Assembly: GCA_017528205.1 (NCBI GenBank)
Contig: JAFXPE010000032.1
Location: 145,986 to 209,985 of the forward strand
From: Alphaproteobacteria bacterium
Lineage (GTDB): Bacteria > Pseudomonadota > Alphaproteobacteria > RF32 > CAG-239
Direction: 5' to 3'
DNA length: 64,000 bases
The notes below the pieces were generated by a model that had not been told where the DNA came from, did not search any database, and was given only the letters and a program-made list of their open reading frames with translations. The position numbers and the translations under genes were made by a program. Below, piece by piece: positions 26,305 through 39,786 of the stretch. The stretch's first letter is position 1. Each line of letters begins with the position of its first letter.

Positions 26305-29300
26305 ATGTTCTCAGCCTTTTTTATCAACCACCCCCGATTCGCGATGGTTATTTCCATTGTTATGGTGCTCGTCGGTTTGTTGGCGATTGCGGTGTTGCCG
26401 GTGGCACAATATCCCGAAATTACCCCGCCGCAAATTGTTGTTTCTACCAATTATATCGGTGCCAATGCCGAGGTTTTGGCTGACACGGTGGCGATTCCGT
26501 TGGAAAACGAAGTCAACGGAGTGGATAATATGCTGTATATGTCGTCATCTTCCGATGACAACGGAGCTTATAAATTGACGGTAACTTTTGAAGTGGGTAC
26601 CGACGCCGATATTGCTCAAGTAAAGGTGCAAAACCGCCTGCAACAGGCAACATCTGATTTGCCGCCGGAAGTTACGCAATACGGTTTGAATGTTAAAATT
26701 CAAAATTCCAATATGTTGGCAATGTTGGTTTTGCGTTCGCCAAACCATACCTATAATGATTTGTTCTTGAGTAACTATGCCTACACCAACTTAAAAAATG
26801 CCCTCTCGCGGGTAAAAGGTATCGGCGATGTGCAGATTTTCGGCCCGCAATACAGTATGCGCATTTGGCTCAACAGCGACAAATTGACGGCACTTGGTTT
26901 GACTTCGGCAGATGTGATGAATGCCGTCAAAACTCAAAATGTGCAGGCCTCTGTAGGCAGCATCGGCGCTGCTCCGAGCGACAAAAATAACAAAATCGTT
27001 CTTTCGCTGACCGCCAAAGGTTTATTAAGCACGGTAGAAGATTTTGAAAACATTACCGTTGCCACGGCCGACAACGGGGCGGCGGTATATTTGAAAGACG
27101 TAGCCCACATAGAGTTGGGAGCGGATATATATAATTTGAAGTCATCGTATAACAATGCACCGGCGCTGATTATCGGTATCAATCAAATGCCAAATTCCAA
27201 CTCGTTGCAGATTATGAAAAACATTCGCAAAGAAATGGCGCAGTTATCGCAGAAACTTCCCGAAGATTTGGAATTTCAGGTTATTTATGATTCCACCGAT
27301 TATGTGCGTGCTTCCATAAAAGGCATTATTGAAACGCTGGTGATAACCTTTATGTTGGTGGTGGCGGTAACCTATTTGTTTTTGCAAAAATTGACCACTA
27401 CGCTTATTCCGCTTTTAACCATTCCGGTTTCGCTGATTGCCACGTTTGCCGTTATTTATCTTTTGGGCTTCAACATCAATATTTTAACTTTGTTTGCCAT
27501 GATTTTGGCCATCGGACTGGTGGTTGATGACGCGATTATTGTGGTGGAGCGGGTAGAATATTTAATGGTTTATGACCATAAAAACGCACACGACGCCTCG
27601 GTTTTGGCCATGCAGCAAATCGGCAGCGCGGTGATTGCCACCACATTTGTTTTGTTGGCTATCTTTATTCCGGTGGGCTTAATGGCCGGAATCACCGGCA
27701 AAATTTATCAACAATTTGCGGTAACCATTGCCACGGCCGTTTCTTTTTCTTCTCTCAATGCCTTAACTTTAAGCCCGTCTTTGTGTGCGATTTTTTTACA
27801 AAATCCGCAAGCGCAAAATACCAAAAATCGCTTTTTTGCCCAATTTGACCGGCTGTTGGATTATTCACGCGACAAATATTTGCAGTTTGTGGGTTATTTT
27901 ACCGAACACCTCAAGCTTTCGGTGGCGCTGGTTGCCTTGACTATTGTGCTGATTGTGCTGATTTTCGGCAAAACTCCGACCTCTTTTTTGCCGGAAGAAG
28001 ATCAGGGCATATTGTTTGTCGATGTTCAGCTTGAAGATATTTCCGGTATAAATATGACCAACGAAGTGCTCGCGCAAATGAATAAAAAAGTGCTGAATAC
28101 GGACGGCGTAAAATATTTTATGACCGTTGCCGGTTACAGCATGTTGGGCGGTGGTGGCGAAAATGTGGCGTTCGGGGTGGTGGGGCTTGAGCCCTGGGAC
28201 AGCCGCAAGTCAAAAAAATTATCGGCCGACGGCATACGCAATACTTTGAGCCGCGAATTTGCCGGTTTCAAACAGGCAAAAATCAACTTTTTTGCCCCGC
28301 CGGCAATTGTCGGAGTGGGACAAAGCAACGGCATTTCTTTTCAGTTTTTAACCGCGGATAATGAGGTTTCGCCTTCGCAATTGGCCAAAGAATTAAACAA
28401 ATATCTGGCCGCGGTTAACCAATCGGCAGATTTCAGCTACGCCTTTTCTACCTTTACAGCGGATACGCCGCACGTTTATTTGGATATCGACCGCAAAAAG
28501 GCCGAATATTACAAAGTTTCAATCGCCGATTTATTTACGGTTTTGCAAGATAATTTAGGCTCGCGCTACATCAACAACATAACCTTAAGCGGACAGGTAA
28601 ACAAAGTGATTTTGCAGGCTGATTATGCTCATCGCGGCAACGTTGCCGACATCGGCAAGTTGTATGTTAAATCGCAAGAAGGGAAAATGATTCGCCTGGA
28701 TTCGTTTGCCGAAATTAAAACCGAGCTCGCGCCGAAAACCATTTATCGCTTTAACCAATACACAACGGCAAGCGTTACGGCATTGTCAAACAGCAAAGTC
28801 AGCAGCGGCACGGCGCTGAATACATTGCAAAAGTTGCAAAAAGAAGTGGTGCCGAAATACGGAATTTCGTGGACCGGATTGAGCTTGCAAGAAGTTGAAA
28901 ACCAAGGAGTTGCCGCGATTCTCATTGGTTTGGCCGCAGTTTTTTGCTATTTGTTTTTGGTGGCACTTTACGAAAGTTGGATGTTGGCGTTGTCGGTTAT
29001 TTTTTCTACGGTTTTTGCCATTATCGGAGCGCTAATCGGGTTGTTTGTTATGGGACAATCGCTGAGCATTTATGCGCAATTGGGCTTGGTTATGCTCATT
29101 GGTTTGGCGGCCAAAAACGCCATTTTGATTGTGGAATTTACCAAAATGTATCGTGAGCAGGGGCTGAGCATTGCCGAAGCGGCAAAAAAGGGCGCTGAAG
29201 AACGTTATCGCGCGGTGTTGATGACGGCTTTTACCTTTATTTTGGGCGTGTTTCCGATGATTGTGGCCAAAGGTGCAGGTGCCGGCTCGCAAATAGCCAT

Positions 29301-29439
29301 CGGCTCGGCGGTGTTTTTCGGCATGATTTTTGCTACCGCGGTCGGTATTATTTTTATTCCGCCGCTGTTTGCCGTTTTTGAAACCTTAAAAGAAAAGTTT
29401 GCCCAACGCAGTTTTCGAAAGGAGCAAAAAAATGCGTAA
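26305..29439 (+). CDS. RND multidrug efflux transporter, AcrB/AcrD family
   Basis: 1044 aa, 12-TM with two large periplasmic loops; N-terminus [22 protein letters not shown] is typical of AcrB. Confidence 0.9.
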   Translation: MFSAFFINHPRFAMVISIVMVLVGLLAIAVLPVAQYPEITPPQIVVSTNYIGANAEVLADTVAIPLENEVNGVDNMLYMSSSSDDNGAYKLTVTFEVGTDADIAQVKVQNRLQQATSDLPPEVTQYGLNVKIQNSNMLAMLVLRSPNHTYNDLFLSNYAYTNLKNALSRVKGIGDVQIFGPQYSMRIWLNSDKLTALGLTSADVMNAVKTQNVQASVGSIGAAPSDKNNKIVLSLTAKGLLSTVEDFENITVATADNGAAVYLKDVAHIELGADIYNLKSSYNNAPALIIGINQMPNSNSLQIMKNIRKEMAQLSQKLPEDLEFQVIYDSTDYVRASIKGIIETLVITFMLVVAVTYLFLQKLTTTLIPLLTIPVSLIATFAVIYLLGFNINILTLFAMILAIGLVVDDAIIVVERVEYLMVYDHKNAHDASVLAMQQIGSAVIATTFVLLAIFIPVGLMAGITGKIYQQFAVTIATAVSFSSLNALTLSPSLCAIFLQNPQAQNTKNRFFAQFDRLLDYSRDKYLQFVGYFTEHLKLSVALVALTIVLIVLIFGKTPTSFLPEEDQGILFVDVQLEDISGINMTNEVLAQMNKKVLNTDGVKYFMTVAGYSMLGGGGENVAFGVVGLEPWDSRKSKKLSADGIRNTLSREFAGFKQAKINFFAPPAIVGVGQSNGISFQFLTADNEVSPSQLAKELNKYLAAVNQSADFSYAFSTFTADTPHVYLDIDRKKAEYYKVSIADLFTVLQDNLGSRYINNITLSGQVNKVILQADYAHRGNVADIGKLYVKSQEGKMIRLDSFAEIKTELAPKTIYRFNQYTTASVTALSNSKVSSGTALNTLQKLQKEVVPKYGISWTGLSLQEVENQGVAAILIGLAAVFCYLFLVALYESWMLALSVIFSTVFAIIGALIGLFVMGQSLSIYAQLGLVMLIGLAAKNAILIVEFTKMYREQGLSIAEAAKKGAEERYRAVLMTAFTFILGVFPMIVAKGAGAGSQIAIGSAVFFGMIFATAVGIIFIPPLFAVFETLKEKFAQRSFRKEQKNA

Positions 29440-30829
29440 ATGGCCTTATTGCGGCGTAGTGTGCTTGTGTTGTGCGGCTTGCAATGTCGGTCCGGATTAT
29501 AAATCTTCCGCCGTTTATTCGCCGCAAACGGTCGACGCCGAGTTAAATATAAAATTGGCGCATTCGGTGCCGCAAAACTGGTATAAAAAGCTGAATGACG
29601 AGCGGTTGGAACAGCTGATTGCCGCCGGTTTACGCTATAACACGGATATAAAAACGGCATTATCGCGCATAGAACAGGCGCGTGCCACTTTGCAGACGGA
29701 TAGGGCGGCGTATTTGCCGCAAATAAACGGGCAGGGAAGTTATAATTATCAAAAGGCCGATAATAACGTCGGAACGGCCGTGACCGCGCGCTATTACAAA
29801 GCAGGATTTGATGCTTCGTGGGAACTTGATTTGTGGGGCAAAGGACGGCGACAAACCGAAGCCGATGCGGCAACCTTGAGCGCAATGCAATATAATCTTG
29901 AAGATGCACGCTTATCCGTGGCCGCGGAAATCGCGTCCGATTATATCAGTCTGTTGCAAAACGTCGAGAATTTGCGCTTTGCCCGCCATAATCAAAAATT
30001 GCAGCAAGAAATATTCGATTCGGTTAATTCCAAATACAAAAACGGCCTAAGCGACGAGATGGCTTATGAGCAGTCTGCTTTTTTGCTGGAAAATACCAAA
30101 GCGCAAATTTCAGCCTATCAAACCCAAATTGAAAATTATAAAAATGCCTTGGCAGTTCTTATCGGGGTGTTGCCGTCAAAAATAGATATCGACGAAAGCC
30201 GACGCTCGCCGTTGTTTGCCGCAAATTCGGCTGATTATCGTCAGCAGATATTGCATTTGCCGGCAAATATCGTGCGTTTAAGACCGGACGTGGCCGCGGC
30301 GGAAGAAAATTTAATTGCGCAAAATGCTTTGGTGGGCAAGGCGGTGGCGGAATTGTATCCCGACGTCAGCATCAGCGGTTTGTGGGGATTTGCCGCCCAA
30401 AAAACAGACAACCTTTTTAATTCGAGCAATAAACAATACGGTTACGAGCCGTTGGTCACTTTGCCTTTGCTGGATTGGAATCGTTTGCAAAATAACGTAA
30501 GGTTACAAAAATACATTCGCGATGAGGCTTTGCTTAATTATAAGCAAACCGTTCTGAATGCCTTAAGCGAAATTAAAAACGCCTCGTATGCTTATTTGGA
30601 AACGCTGGCGAGCAACAAACACAAACTGAGCGCCTTGCACAATATGCAAAAAACCGTGCGTTTGGCGCAAGACAAATACAACAACGGATTGATAGAATTT
30701 TCCGATGTTTTAAGCACTCAGCAAAATCTGATTTCGGCTCAAGAAAATTACGTTGCCGGTCGGGCGGACGAATGGCAAAATCTGATAGCTTATTATAAGG
30801 CCGTAGCCGCTCCGATTAGTAGTAATTAA
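29432..30829 (+). CDS. outer membrane efflux lipoprotein (TolC/OprM/NodT family)
   Basis: Lipoprotein signal (CCAAC), two OEP repeats; completes an MFP-RND-OMF operon. Start 29432 after an AAGGAG SD. Confidence 0.85.
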   Translation: MRKWPYCGVVCLCCAACNVGPDYKSSAVYSPQTVDAELNIKLAHSVPQNWYKKLNDERLEQLIAAGLRYNTDIKTALSRIEQARATLQTDRAAYLPQINGQGSYNYQKADNNVGTAVTARYYKAGFDASWELDLWGKGRRQTEADAATLSAMQYNLEDARLSVAAEIASDYISLLQNVENLRFARHNQKLQQEIFDSVNSKYKNGLSDEMAYEQSAFLLENTKAQISAYQTQIENYKNALAVLIGVLPSKIDIDESRRSPLFAANSADYRQQILHLPANIVRLRPDVAAAEENLIAQNALVGKAVAELYPDVSISGLWGFAAQKTDNLFNSSNKQYGYEPLVTLPLLDWNRLQNNVRLQKYIRDEALLNYKQTVLNALSEIKNASYAYLETLASNKHKLSALHNMQKTVRLAQDKYNNGLIEFSDVLSTQQNLISAQENYVAGRADEWQNLIAYYKAVAAPISSN

Positions 30830-31271
30830 GCTCTTCCAGCGGAATATGATCCGCAGGCTTTTGCGGACGATATACATAAACGTTGGTAACCGTCGGAATA
30901 TCGTATTTGCGGTGCCAGTAACCCTTCTTTTCCATACACAAGCGATATTCACGCGGGTCTGAATCTGCTGAATCGCGAATTGAATTTACCAACAGCGGTG
31001 AAGCGCCCCGATAAGGAACATAACTTGACCAAATACCCTTTTCTTTATGCCAATTCACATGAATATTGTAGCGATATTCTTCGGTGTAAAACCAGCTGGC
31101 GATATCCGGCCAATGAAACCAACCCTCGGCTTCTTTCAAACACTCGGAGTGGTCGCGTGAAAATTTCGGAACGCCGGTTTTTTCGCGTTCCCAATGATAA
31201 ATAACCTGACCTTTGCCGCCCGAAGAGCAGGCACTCAGAACCAAAAAAAGAACAATCAAAAAATATCTCAT
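30816..31271 (-). CDS. lipoprotein (hypothetical)
   Basis: Lipobox LVLSAC after a signal peptide; Trp/Tyr-rich mature protein. Confidence 0.5.
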   Translation of the reverse strand: MRYFLIVLFLVLSACSSGGKGQVIYHWEREKTGVPKFSRDHSECLKEAEGWFHWPDIASWFYTEEYRYNIHVNWHKEKGIWSSYVPYRGASPLLVNSIRDSADSDPREYRLCMEKKGYWHRKYDIPTVTNVYVYRPQKPADHIPLEELNYY

Positions 31272-31272
31272 G

Positions 31273-31938
31273 TTAAAAATCCAAATTTGTGTAATGGGTT
31301 GACGGATAAATATTTTTAATTCTGTCGTTCAAAATTTCCTTAAAGCTGGGACGTGATTTTATTTTAGAATACCAAAGTTTGGCGTTGCCGTATTCTTCCC
31401 ACGGCACATCTCCCAAATAATCAATGATGGAAAGTTGAGCCGCCGCGCTGATATCGGCCAAAGAAAACTCGTTGCCCACCAAATAATTGTTGCGCTCGAC
31501 AATCCAATCTATATATTCCAAATGAAATCGCAAATTGTTGATGCCGACTTGGATTTTTTTGGATTCCGGCGGTTGATGCATGGCAAATCGCTTATAAATT
31601 TTTTCTCCGGCAATATATTGATAAACCTCGCGATAAAATTTGTTATCAAACCAGTCAATCAGGCGACGGGCTTCGGCTCGCTCTTTATTGTTGCCGATAA
31701 TCAAGCGATTTTGTGTGTATGTTTCTTCTAAAAATTCGGTAATAGCATAATTTCCGGCAATAATATTGCCGTCAAAAATAAACACCGGAAGCTCTCCTGC
31801 CGGATTGATTTTCTTAATATCTTTGGATAAAGCCCAAGGCGTTTCTTCTTTCAAGACGTACAGCATTTTCTTTTCCGCCATCAAAATACGAATTTTGCGG
31901 CAATGCGGTAAAATATTGCTATGTACCAAAAGAACCAT
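31273..31938 (-). CDS. glutathione S-transferase family protein
   Basis: GST N-terminal thioredoxin-like fold plus C-terminal helical domain (ADISAAAQLS ...); true start may be the internal Met near 31881. Confidence 0.7.
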   Translation of the reverse strand: MVLLVHSNILPHCRKIRILMAEKKMLYVLKEETPWALSKDIKKINPAGELPVFIFDGNIIAGNYAITEFLEETYTQNRLIIGNNKERAEARRLIDWFDNKFYREVYQYIAGEKIYKRFAMHQPPESKKIQVGINNLRFHLEYIDWIVERNNYLVGNEFSLADISAAAQLSIIDYLGDVPWEEYGNAKLWYSKIKSRPSFKEILNDRIKNIYPSTHYTNLDF

Positions 31939-31948
31939 TTATTTCCTC

Positions 31949-32920
31949 CTAAATCCCCTCTAAAACATCGTCTATGGATTTTTCTTCCACTTTTTGTTCA
32001 ACAATATGACCTTCCGGCTTCTTTTCCACCTGATCGGCCTCCAAAACATCATCTTCGTCGCCTTCAATATCATGCTTGGCAAAAGACGGCGGTACCGTGC
32101 CGTCATATTTTTCGATTTCTGCGTTAATCATCCGGATAATTTCCTGCTTTACCGCCTGGGCGAATTCCGGCTTGGAAAATTCTTCTCTGAAGGCGTTAAG
32201 ATATTGTGACAAACGCGGCGTAACTTTTGAAATGGCAATAAATACCGGAATTTTAAACAGCGGATTTTTGGAATAGGTCAAAAAGTTGCTCAAACCGTAG
32301 TGACTGAGCATTATGCGGTTATAATATTGGCTGCCTATCATATAATCGGCCTCGCCGGTAATAACCATGCGATAGGCTTCAAACGAATTGTCGGTAAATT
32401 GCACGCCCAATTCGGCCAATTTGCGATTTACAAAATCGCTGAAATATTCGGTTTTGGAAGCAACTCCGCGCAAAGATTTCAAATCTTCCAAAGTTTTAAT
32501 TTTTTCTTGTTCGTCCGGCATGGTAATCAAGTGTATCGGATTGGAAATGCTGGCCGGAAAAATCATTTGCAGGCCTTTATACATTTGGGTATCGGTATAT
32601 GCGCCGATAAACAACTTTAATTTTCCGCTGCGCACATTTAACAGCAACATATCGGCACCGATGTTAGCATCGGAAACATTGGTCGGAATTATCTTCATTT
32701 GATGCTTTTCCATAACATCAAGCATCGGCTGCAAAAAGGCACTTTCCAATACAGCCGAATCTGCACCGACCTGTATGTATTGCGAAAACGGAGGATAGTT
32801 CGGTAATCCGGTTGTTTCCAGAGGAACATCGAAATAACTTTCTTCTTGCACCATATTGACTGCTTTGGCTTGCGGTGCGCAAAACAATATAAAAAATATA
32901 ATCAACCACAAATTTTTCAT
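31949..32920 (-). CDS. periplasmic substrate-binding-like protein with acidic C-terminal tail (hypothetical)
   Basis: Signal peptide; two-lobed SBP-like length; acidic tail IEGDEDDVLEADQVEKK. Confidence 0.5.
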   Translation of the reverse strand: MKNLWLIIFFILFCAPQAKAVNMVQEESYFDVPLETTGLPNYPPFSQYIQVGADSAVLESAFLQPMLDVMEKHQMKIIPTNVSDANIGADMLLLNVRSGKLKLFIGAYTDTQMYKGLQMIFPASISNPIHLITMPDEQEKIKTLEDLKSLRGVASKTEYFSDFVNRKLAELGVQFTDNSFEAYRMVITGEADYMIGSQYYNRIMLSHYGLSNFLTYSKNPLFKIPVFIAISKVTPRLSQYLNAFREEFSKPEFAQAVKQEIIRMINAEIEKYDGTVPPSFAKHDIEGDEDDVLEADQVEKKPEGHIVEQKVEEKSIDDVLEGI

Positions 32921-33062
32921 TTTCCAAATCCGTCAAAAATAACTCAAACACAACAAATTCTGCCGTATTCAGCATAAATAAATTGTGTTAAAAAGATTTT
33001 AACCGATTGCATAAAAGCAATAATACTGTAACATAATACAAGATAAAAATAAAAAGTACAAG

Positions 33063-33845
33063 ATGATAAATATAGATAAAAACTTATTTTTGCAACAGGC
33101 GCACAACATAATTGCCATAACCTCCGGTGTTGGCAGTATGGGTAAAACTTGGCTGGCAACCACCTTGGCGCACGCTTTGAATATTTTGCACGAGTCGGTG
33201 TTGTTGTTTGATGCCGACAACGGCTTGTTAAACGTTGAAGCTCAGCTCGGAGTGGATAATGAAAATTCGCTCAACAAGGTATTAAGCGGCGAAATAACGC
33301 TCAATCAGGCCATAATCTCGCTAAATCGTCGCAAGTTCGAGATAATATCGGGAACTGCCGGCAGCAATATTTTGGAAAGTACCCCGCTGGGCCGGTTGCA
33401 CATATTGCGTGAAGAACTGTTGCTGGTGGCGCGAAATTATCAGCATTTGCTCATAGATTTGCCGGCCTCGGATAAAATATCTGACAACATATTGCCGTTT
33501 GGCAGCGAGCTGATTTTGGTGTGTACCAATGAACCGTCGAATATTGTATCCACCTACAAGTTTTTGCAAGAATGTGTCGGCAACGACAAATACAAAAATA
33601 TGCAAATTATTGTCAATTATGTTAATTCTTATGAAGAAGGGTTGCAAACTTTTAATACTCTGCGCCGCGCTTGCGAAAAATATATCAGCAAAACACCGTC
33701 TTTGCTTGGTGTGGTGCGCCGTGATACGCGAGTGCGCGATGCCATTCGCAACCATACGCTGTTGCTGACACGCTATCCCAATTCGGAAGCGGCAGATGAC
33801 ATAATGCAAATTGCGCATAAGCTGTTACAAAAAGGAGAAGCCTAA
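33063..33845 (+). CDS. ParA/MinD/FlhG-family P-loop ATPase with degenerate Walker A
   Basis: AITSGVGSMGKTWLA in place of the canonical KGGxGK[ST]; FDADNGLLNVEAQLG matches MinD/FlhG switch region. Confidence 0.6.
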   Translation: MINIDKNLFLQQAHNIIAITSGVGSMGKTWLATTLAHALNILHESVLLFDADNGLLNVEAQLGVDNENSLNKVLSGEITLNQAIISLNRRKFEIISGTAGSNILESTPLGRLHILREELLLVARNYQHLLIDLPASDKISDNILPFGSELILVCTNEPSNIVSTYKFLQECVGNDKYKNMQIIVNYVNSYEEGLQTFNTLRRACEKYISKTPSLLGVVRRDTRVRDAIRNHTLLLTRYPNSEAADDIMQIAHKLLQKGEA

Positions 33846-36117
<2,272 letters not shown>

Positions 36118-36119
36118 CT

Positions 36120-37067
36120 ATGGCAAAAAAAGACGTTAGTGATGAAGTTCTGGAAAGTTTCAAAAAAGAAAACAAAAAAGCCGGTATTCGTGTGTTTGTT
36201 GCCGGCGGCTCACGTTCCGGAAACAATACTCAGTATGTGGAAGAGGCTTATGCCTTAGGGCGCAAAATCGTGGAAATGGAATTTAAGCTTGATTTCGGAC
36301 TTTCTAACCGTGGTATAATGGGGGCGGTGGCCAAAGGTGTTCTTGACGGCTGGAACGATAAACGCGAAAACGGCGGAGAATTTCCGATTCAGGGTATCAC
36401 TACCCAAAAATATTTCGATTTATATCCCAGCGATGATGATTTAATCAGCAAAATGGATATAGTGGTGGCGCGCACTTTGGAAGAGCGCAAGCGCAAATTG
36501 CTGAAAGCCGACTTTGTGGTATTTACTCCCGGCGGAGTGGGAACATTGGATGAATTGGCCTATGATTGCGTAGCCATGCAAGACGGAATGTTACCGATAA
36601 AACCGTTTATTATTTACAATATCAACGGCTATTTTCATCACTTACTGGAATTTTTGAAAGCAATTACCAAAGAAGGATTCGCTGATCCGACACCGTTCAT
36701 TGTGGTGGATAATGCCGACGAGATGGAAATAGCGTTTCGCTTGCTGAAACTCAAATATTCGGATTACAGCAGCGGCGAAGAAGTTTTTGTGATGTCGCGC
36801 AAATTGGTTTATGAACTTCCGTATTTTATCAAACAAAAAGAAGACTACGATATGGACGTTGAAACCTGCTCCGAACGTATGGATTTTATCCGCGAGCACG
36901 GCTCAGACTTTGATCGACAGGTTTTGCAAAATGAAATTCATACGGCTTATTTGGAAAAAGAAATCGAAAAAATGTATGACCGTTTGGCGCAAACCGGACG
37001 AGATACCGGAGTTGTCAGTGAAAAGCTTGCAGAATTGAAAAAACGTCGGAAAGATATGATGAAATGA
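36120..37067 (+). CDS. LOG-family (TIGR00730) nucleotide-binding protein with C-terminal extension
   Basis: PGGVGTLDEL and GIMGAV motifs of the LOG/Rossmann family; about 130 extra C-terminal residues. Confidence 0.7.
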   Translation: MAKKDVSDEVLESFKKENKKAGIRVFVAGGSRSGNNTQYVEEAYALGRKIVEMEFKLDFGLSNRGIMGAVAKGVLDGWNDKRENGGEFPIQGITTQKYFDLYPSDDDLISKMDIVVARTLEERKRKLLKADFVVFTPGGVGTLDELAYDCVAMQDGMLPIKPFIIYNINGYFHHLLEFLKAITKEGFADPTPFIVVDNADEMEIAFRLLKLKYSDYSSGEEVFVMSRKLVYELPYFIKQKEDYDMDVETCSERMDFIREHGSDFDRQVLQNEIHTAYLEKEIEKMYDRLAQTGRDTGVVSEKLAELKKRRKDMMK

Positions 37068-38800
37068 ATGTGTTTTCCTTTATTTTCAAATATTTACGCA
37101 AAACAAAATTTATGGCAAGTGTTATCGTAATCGGCCTGATAATCCGCAGTGCGGCCGATCGCGGTGAGGTTTATGCTATGTCACAAACAATCGGAATTTT
37201 GCCGCAATATGCCACCGACCACAGCGTATTACACAATATTATTTTTTATATCGGGTTGTTGGCCTTCTTTTTATTTATTGAGGCGGTTTCCAACTATGTG
37301 TGGCGCTATATGGGCGGCAAATTCCAGCCTTATTTTACCAGTTTGGTTTATAAGGATATTTTTGCGGCGGTACATCATCAGTCTGTCAATTTTTTCAATG
37401 TGGAAATGTCGGGCAAAGTGGCCTCCAAAACCAAAAATATCGTAACCGGAATACGTGATATATACGGGCATATTTTATTCGGATTGTTGCGGCCGATTTC
37501 CGGCATTGTCGTCAGTTTGTTTTTAATTTGTCGCGCCGATTTGCTGATGGGAGCGGTAATTACCGTTTTAAACCTGATTTTTATCGGCGTAAACGTGGTG
37601 ATTCGCAAAAAAATCGGCTCATTTTCGGAAAAGCGCGCTCGTTTCAGCGCCGAAACCGATGGAGTTTTTATTGATACCGTTACCAACTCTGATTTAGTGA
37701 AAAGTTTTGCCAATTATTTCTACGAAAAAGGACGATTTTATCGGGTGTTGCGCACTGCCGTACGTTCCGAACAGGAAGAGCGCACCAAAGATGCTTGGTT
37801 TGATTTGCAAGGCAAAATAGTGTTTTATTTGGTATATTTAGCCTCGTGCATCTGCGTATTTTATTTTTGGTACTTGGGCCGTTTGGAGTTGGCGGACGTA
37901 GTAATGTCAACTTCATTGATGACCGGTTTGATGATGGAAGTTACCAACATCGGCTTTTTTGCCGGCGAATTTTCGCAACTTTACGGGCAGGTAAAAGACG
38001 GTTTGAATTTAGTGTTTCAACCGTTTCAGGTTAAGGATTTGCCTGATGCTCACAATATAAGAATGCGTGGTCAGGCGGTTAATTTCAATCACATAACCTA
38101 TCATTACGAGGGCAAAGAAAACTTATTCAATCAATTTAATCTCAAAATTAAGTCCGGAGAAAAAGTCGGGTTGGTCGGACATTCCGGCAGTGGTAAATCG
38201 ACATTGATAAAACTTTTGGTGCGTTATTATGATGTCGATGACGGCAAAATAACGGTCGGCGGTGAAGATATATCCAAAGTCCGGCAAAACAGTCTGCGGG
38301 CGCAAATCGCCGTGATTCCGCAAGATACCACGCTGTTCAATCGCACCATTATGGAAAATATCCGCTACGGTAATGTAAATGCCTCTGATGATGAAGTGAT
38401 AAAAGCAGCCAAAGCGGCGTATGCCGACGAATTTATCAAAGAATTACCACACGGCTATGAGAGCCGTGTCGGCGAGCGCGGGGTTATGCTCTCCGGCGGC
38501 GAACGACAGAGAATAGCCATTGCCAGGGCTATTTTGAAAGATGCGCCGATTTTGATTTTGGACGAAGCTACCTCGGCGTTGGATAGCGAAAGTGAGCAAT
38601 ATATTCAAAAATCACTCAAAAAACTGATGAAGGGCAAAACCGTAATCGCCATAGCTCACCGTTTATCCACCTTAAAAGAAATGGACAGGCTGGTAGTGAT
38701 GGATAAGGGTAAAATCCTCGAAGAAGGTTCTCACGATAAATTGTTGTCAAATCAAGGTGCATATTTTGAATTTTATAAAATACAAAGTATGAATAAGTAG
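37064..38800 (+). CDS. ABC transporter, fused permease and ATP-binding protein (MsbA-like exporter)
   Basis: Six N-terminal TM helices; Walker A GHSGSGKST, signature LSGGERQR, Walker B ILILDEATS. Confidence 0.85.
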   Translation: MNVFSFIFKYLRKTKFMASVIVIGLIIRSAADRGEVYAMSQTIGILPQYATDHSVLHNIIFYIGLLAFFLFIEAVSNYVWRYMGGKFQPYFTSLVYKDIFAAVHHQSVNFFNVEMSGKVASKTKNIVTGIRDIYGHILFGLLRPISGIVVSLFLICRADLLMGAVITVLNLIFIGVNVVIRKKIGSFSEKRARFSAETDGVFIDTVTNSDLVKSFANYFYEKGRFYRVLRTAVRSEQEERTKDAWFDLQGKIVFYLVYLASCICVFYFWYLGRLELADVVMSTSLMTGLMMEVTNIGFFAGEFSQLYGQVKDGLNLVFQPFQVKDLPDAHNIRMRGQAVNFNHITYHYEGKENLFNQFNLKIKSGEKVGLVGHSGSGKSTLIKLLVRYYDVDDGKITVGGEDISKVRQNSLRAQIAVIPQDTTLFNRTIMENIRYGNVNASDDEVIKAAKAAYADEFIKELPHGYESRVGERGVMLSGGERQRIAIARAILKDAPILILDEATSALDSESEQYIQKSLKKLMKGKTVIAIAHRLSTLKEMDRLVVMDKGKILEEGSHDKLLSNQGAYFEFYKIQSMNK

Positions 38801-38887
38801 CAAATATCGGCATTAGAGCAAGGTATAAGCGAAAAAAATACTTGATTTTAAATTTAATTTGCATAATATCACCTTTATAAGATACGG

Positions 38888-38920
38888 CGACTGCGAAGAG
38901 ATTCGGCAGTCGGATTTTTT
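38888..38920 (+). terminator. intrinsic terminator after the ABC transporter gene
   Basis: Hairpin CGACTGC..GCAGTCG followed by TTTTTT. Confidence 0.6.
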
Positions 38921-38986
38921 AACCTTAAATAGGATACCTATATGATGAATGATATAGGTGTTTTTTGTTTGATTAGGGAGGATAAA

Positions 38987-39460
38987 ATGGATAAATTTCC
39001 GCTGACCAAAGTCGGTTATGCTATGTTGGAGCAAGAATTGAAAAGACGCAAGGGAGAAGATCGCCCGAGCATTATTGAGGAAATTGCCGAAGCACGCGCT
39101 AAAGGTGATTTATCGGAAAATGCTGAATATTCCGCGGCCAAGGAAAAACAGAGTTTTAATGAAGGACGCATTCAGGAGCTGGAAGCGGTTATCAGCCGTG
39201 CTCAAGTTATTGACCCGACGCAGATGAGCGGCGATGTAGTGCGTTTCGGCGCTACTGTTTTGTTGGCTAACATTGACACCGATGAAGAAAGTGAATATCA
39301 AATTGTGGGCGATTATGAAGCCGATATCGAAAAACATAAAATATCGCTGTCTTCGCCGTTGGCCAAGGCCTTAATCGGCAAAGAAATCGGTGATGTTGCC
39401 GAATATCTTGCTCCGTCGGGCAAACGCTCGTATGAAATATTGGAAGTTAAATGGTTATAA
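38987..39460 (+). CDS. greA: transcription elongation factor GreA
   Basis: KFPLT..GYAMLEQEL N-terminal coiled coil and FKBP-like C-terminal domain; start 38987 after a GGGAGGA SD. Confidence 0.9.
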   Translation: MDKFPLTKVGYAMLEQELKRRKGEDRPSIIEEIAEARAKGDLSENAEYSAAKEKQSFNEGRIQELEAVISRAQVIDPTQMSGDVVRFGATVLLANIDTDEESEYQIVGDYEADIEKHKISLSSPLAKALIGKEIGDVAEYLAPSGKRSYEILEVKWL

Positions 39461-39466
39461 AACATC

Positions 39467-39488
39467 GGCCCTCGCAAGAGGGCTTTTT
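39467..39488 (+). terminator. intrinsic terminator after greA
   Basis: GCCCTC-gcaa-GAGGGC then TTTTT. Confidence 0.75.
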
Positions 39489-39519
39489 GCGTTAAAAAAT
39501 TTAATTACGCTAAAAATAT

Positions 39520-39765
39520 ACTTGCCTATTATAAAAAAATAAATTAACGTCTAACTAGGTTATGTTCCTTAGAAAAGAATATAACCGAGGGCTTAGAAAA
39601 CCCTTTATACAAGCAGTCATGGATCCATGACTTTAAATAAAAATTATCGACAATACGTCTTTGTTGGACGGATGTCGACTTGATAAGGCTTTGCGCGAAA
39701 ACGTCGAGCCGTCTGCTTGTATACGGTTTTCTAACATCCGCCCGCCTCAAAACGCGGGCTTTTTT
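39520..39765 (+). ncRNA. candidate structured sRNA or leader between greA and the glycosyltransferase gene
   Basis: No ORF. 16-bp perfect palindrome GTCATGGATCCATGAC (39616..39631) enclosed by a long-range inverted repeat ATACAAGCAGTC/GTCTGCTTGTAT (39607..39618 and 39711..39722). Own intrinsic terminator GCCCGC-ctcaaaac-GCGGGC plus T6 at 39740..39765. Confidence 0.35.
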
Positions 39766-39786
39766 GTAACCAAAAGGACGTTAGAA

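Noticed and set aside
29205-29909. 234-aa minus-strand ORF
   Set aside because: Entirely antisense to the strongly supported acrB-like and tolC-like genes; no motif; typical shadow ORF.
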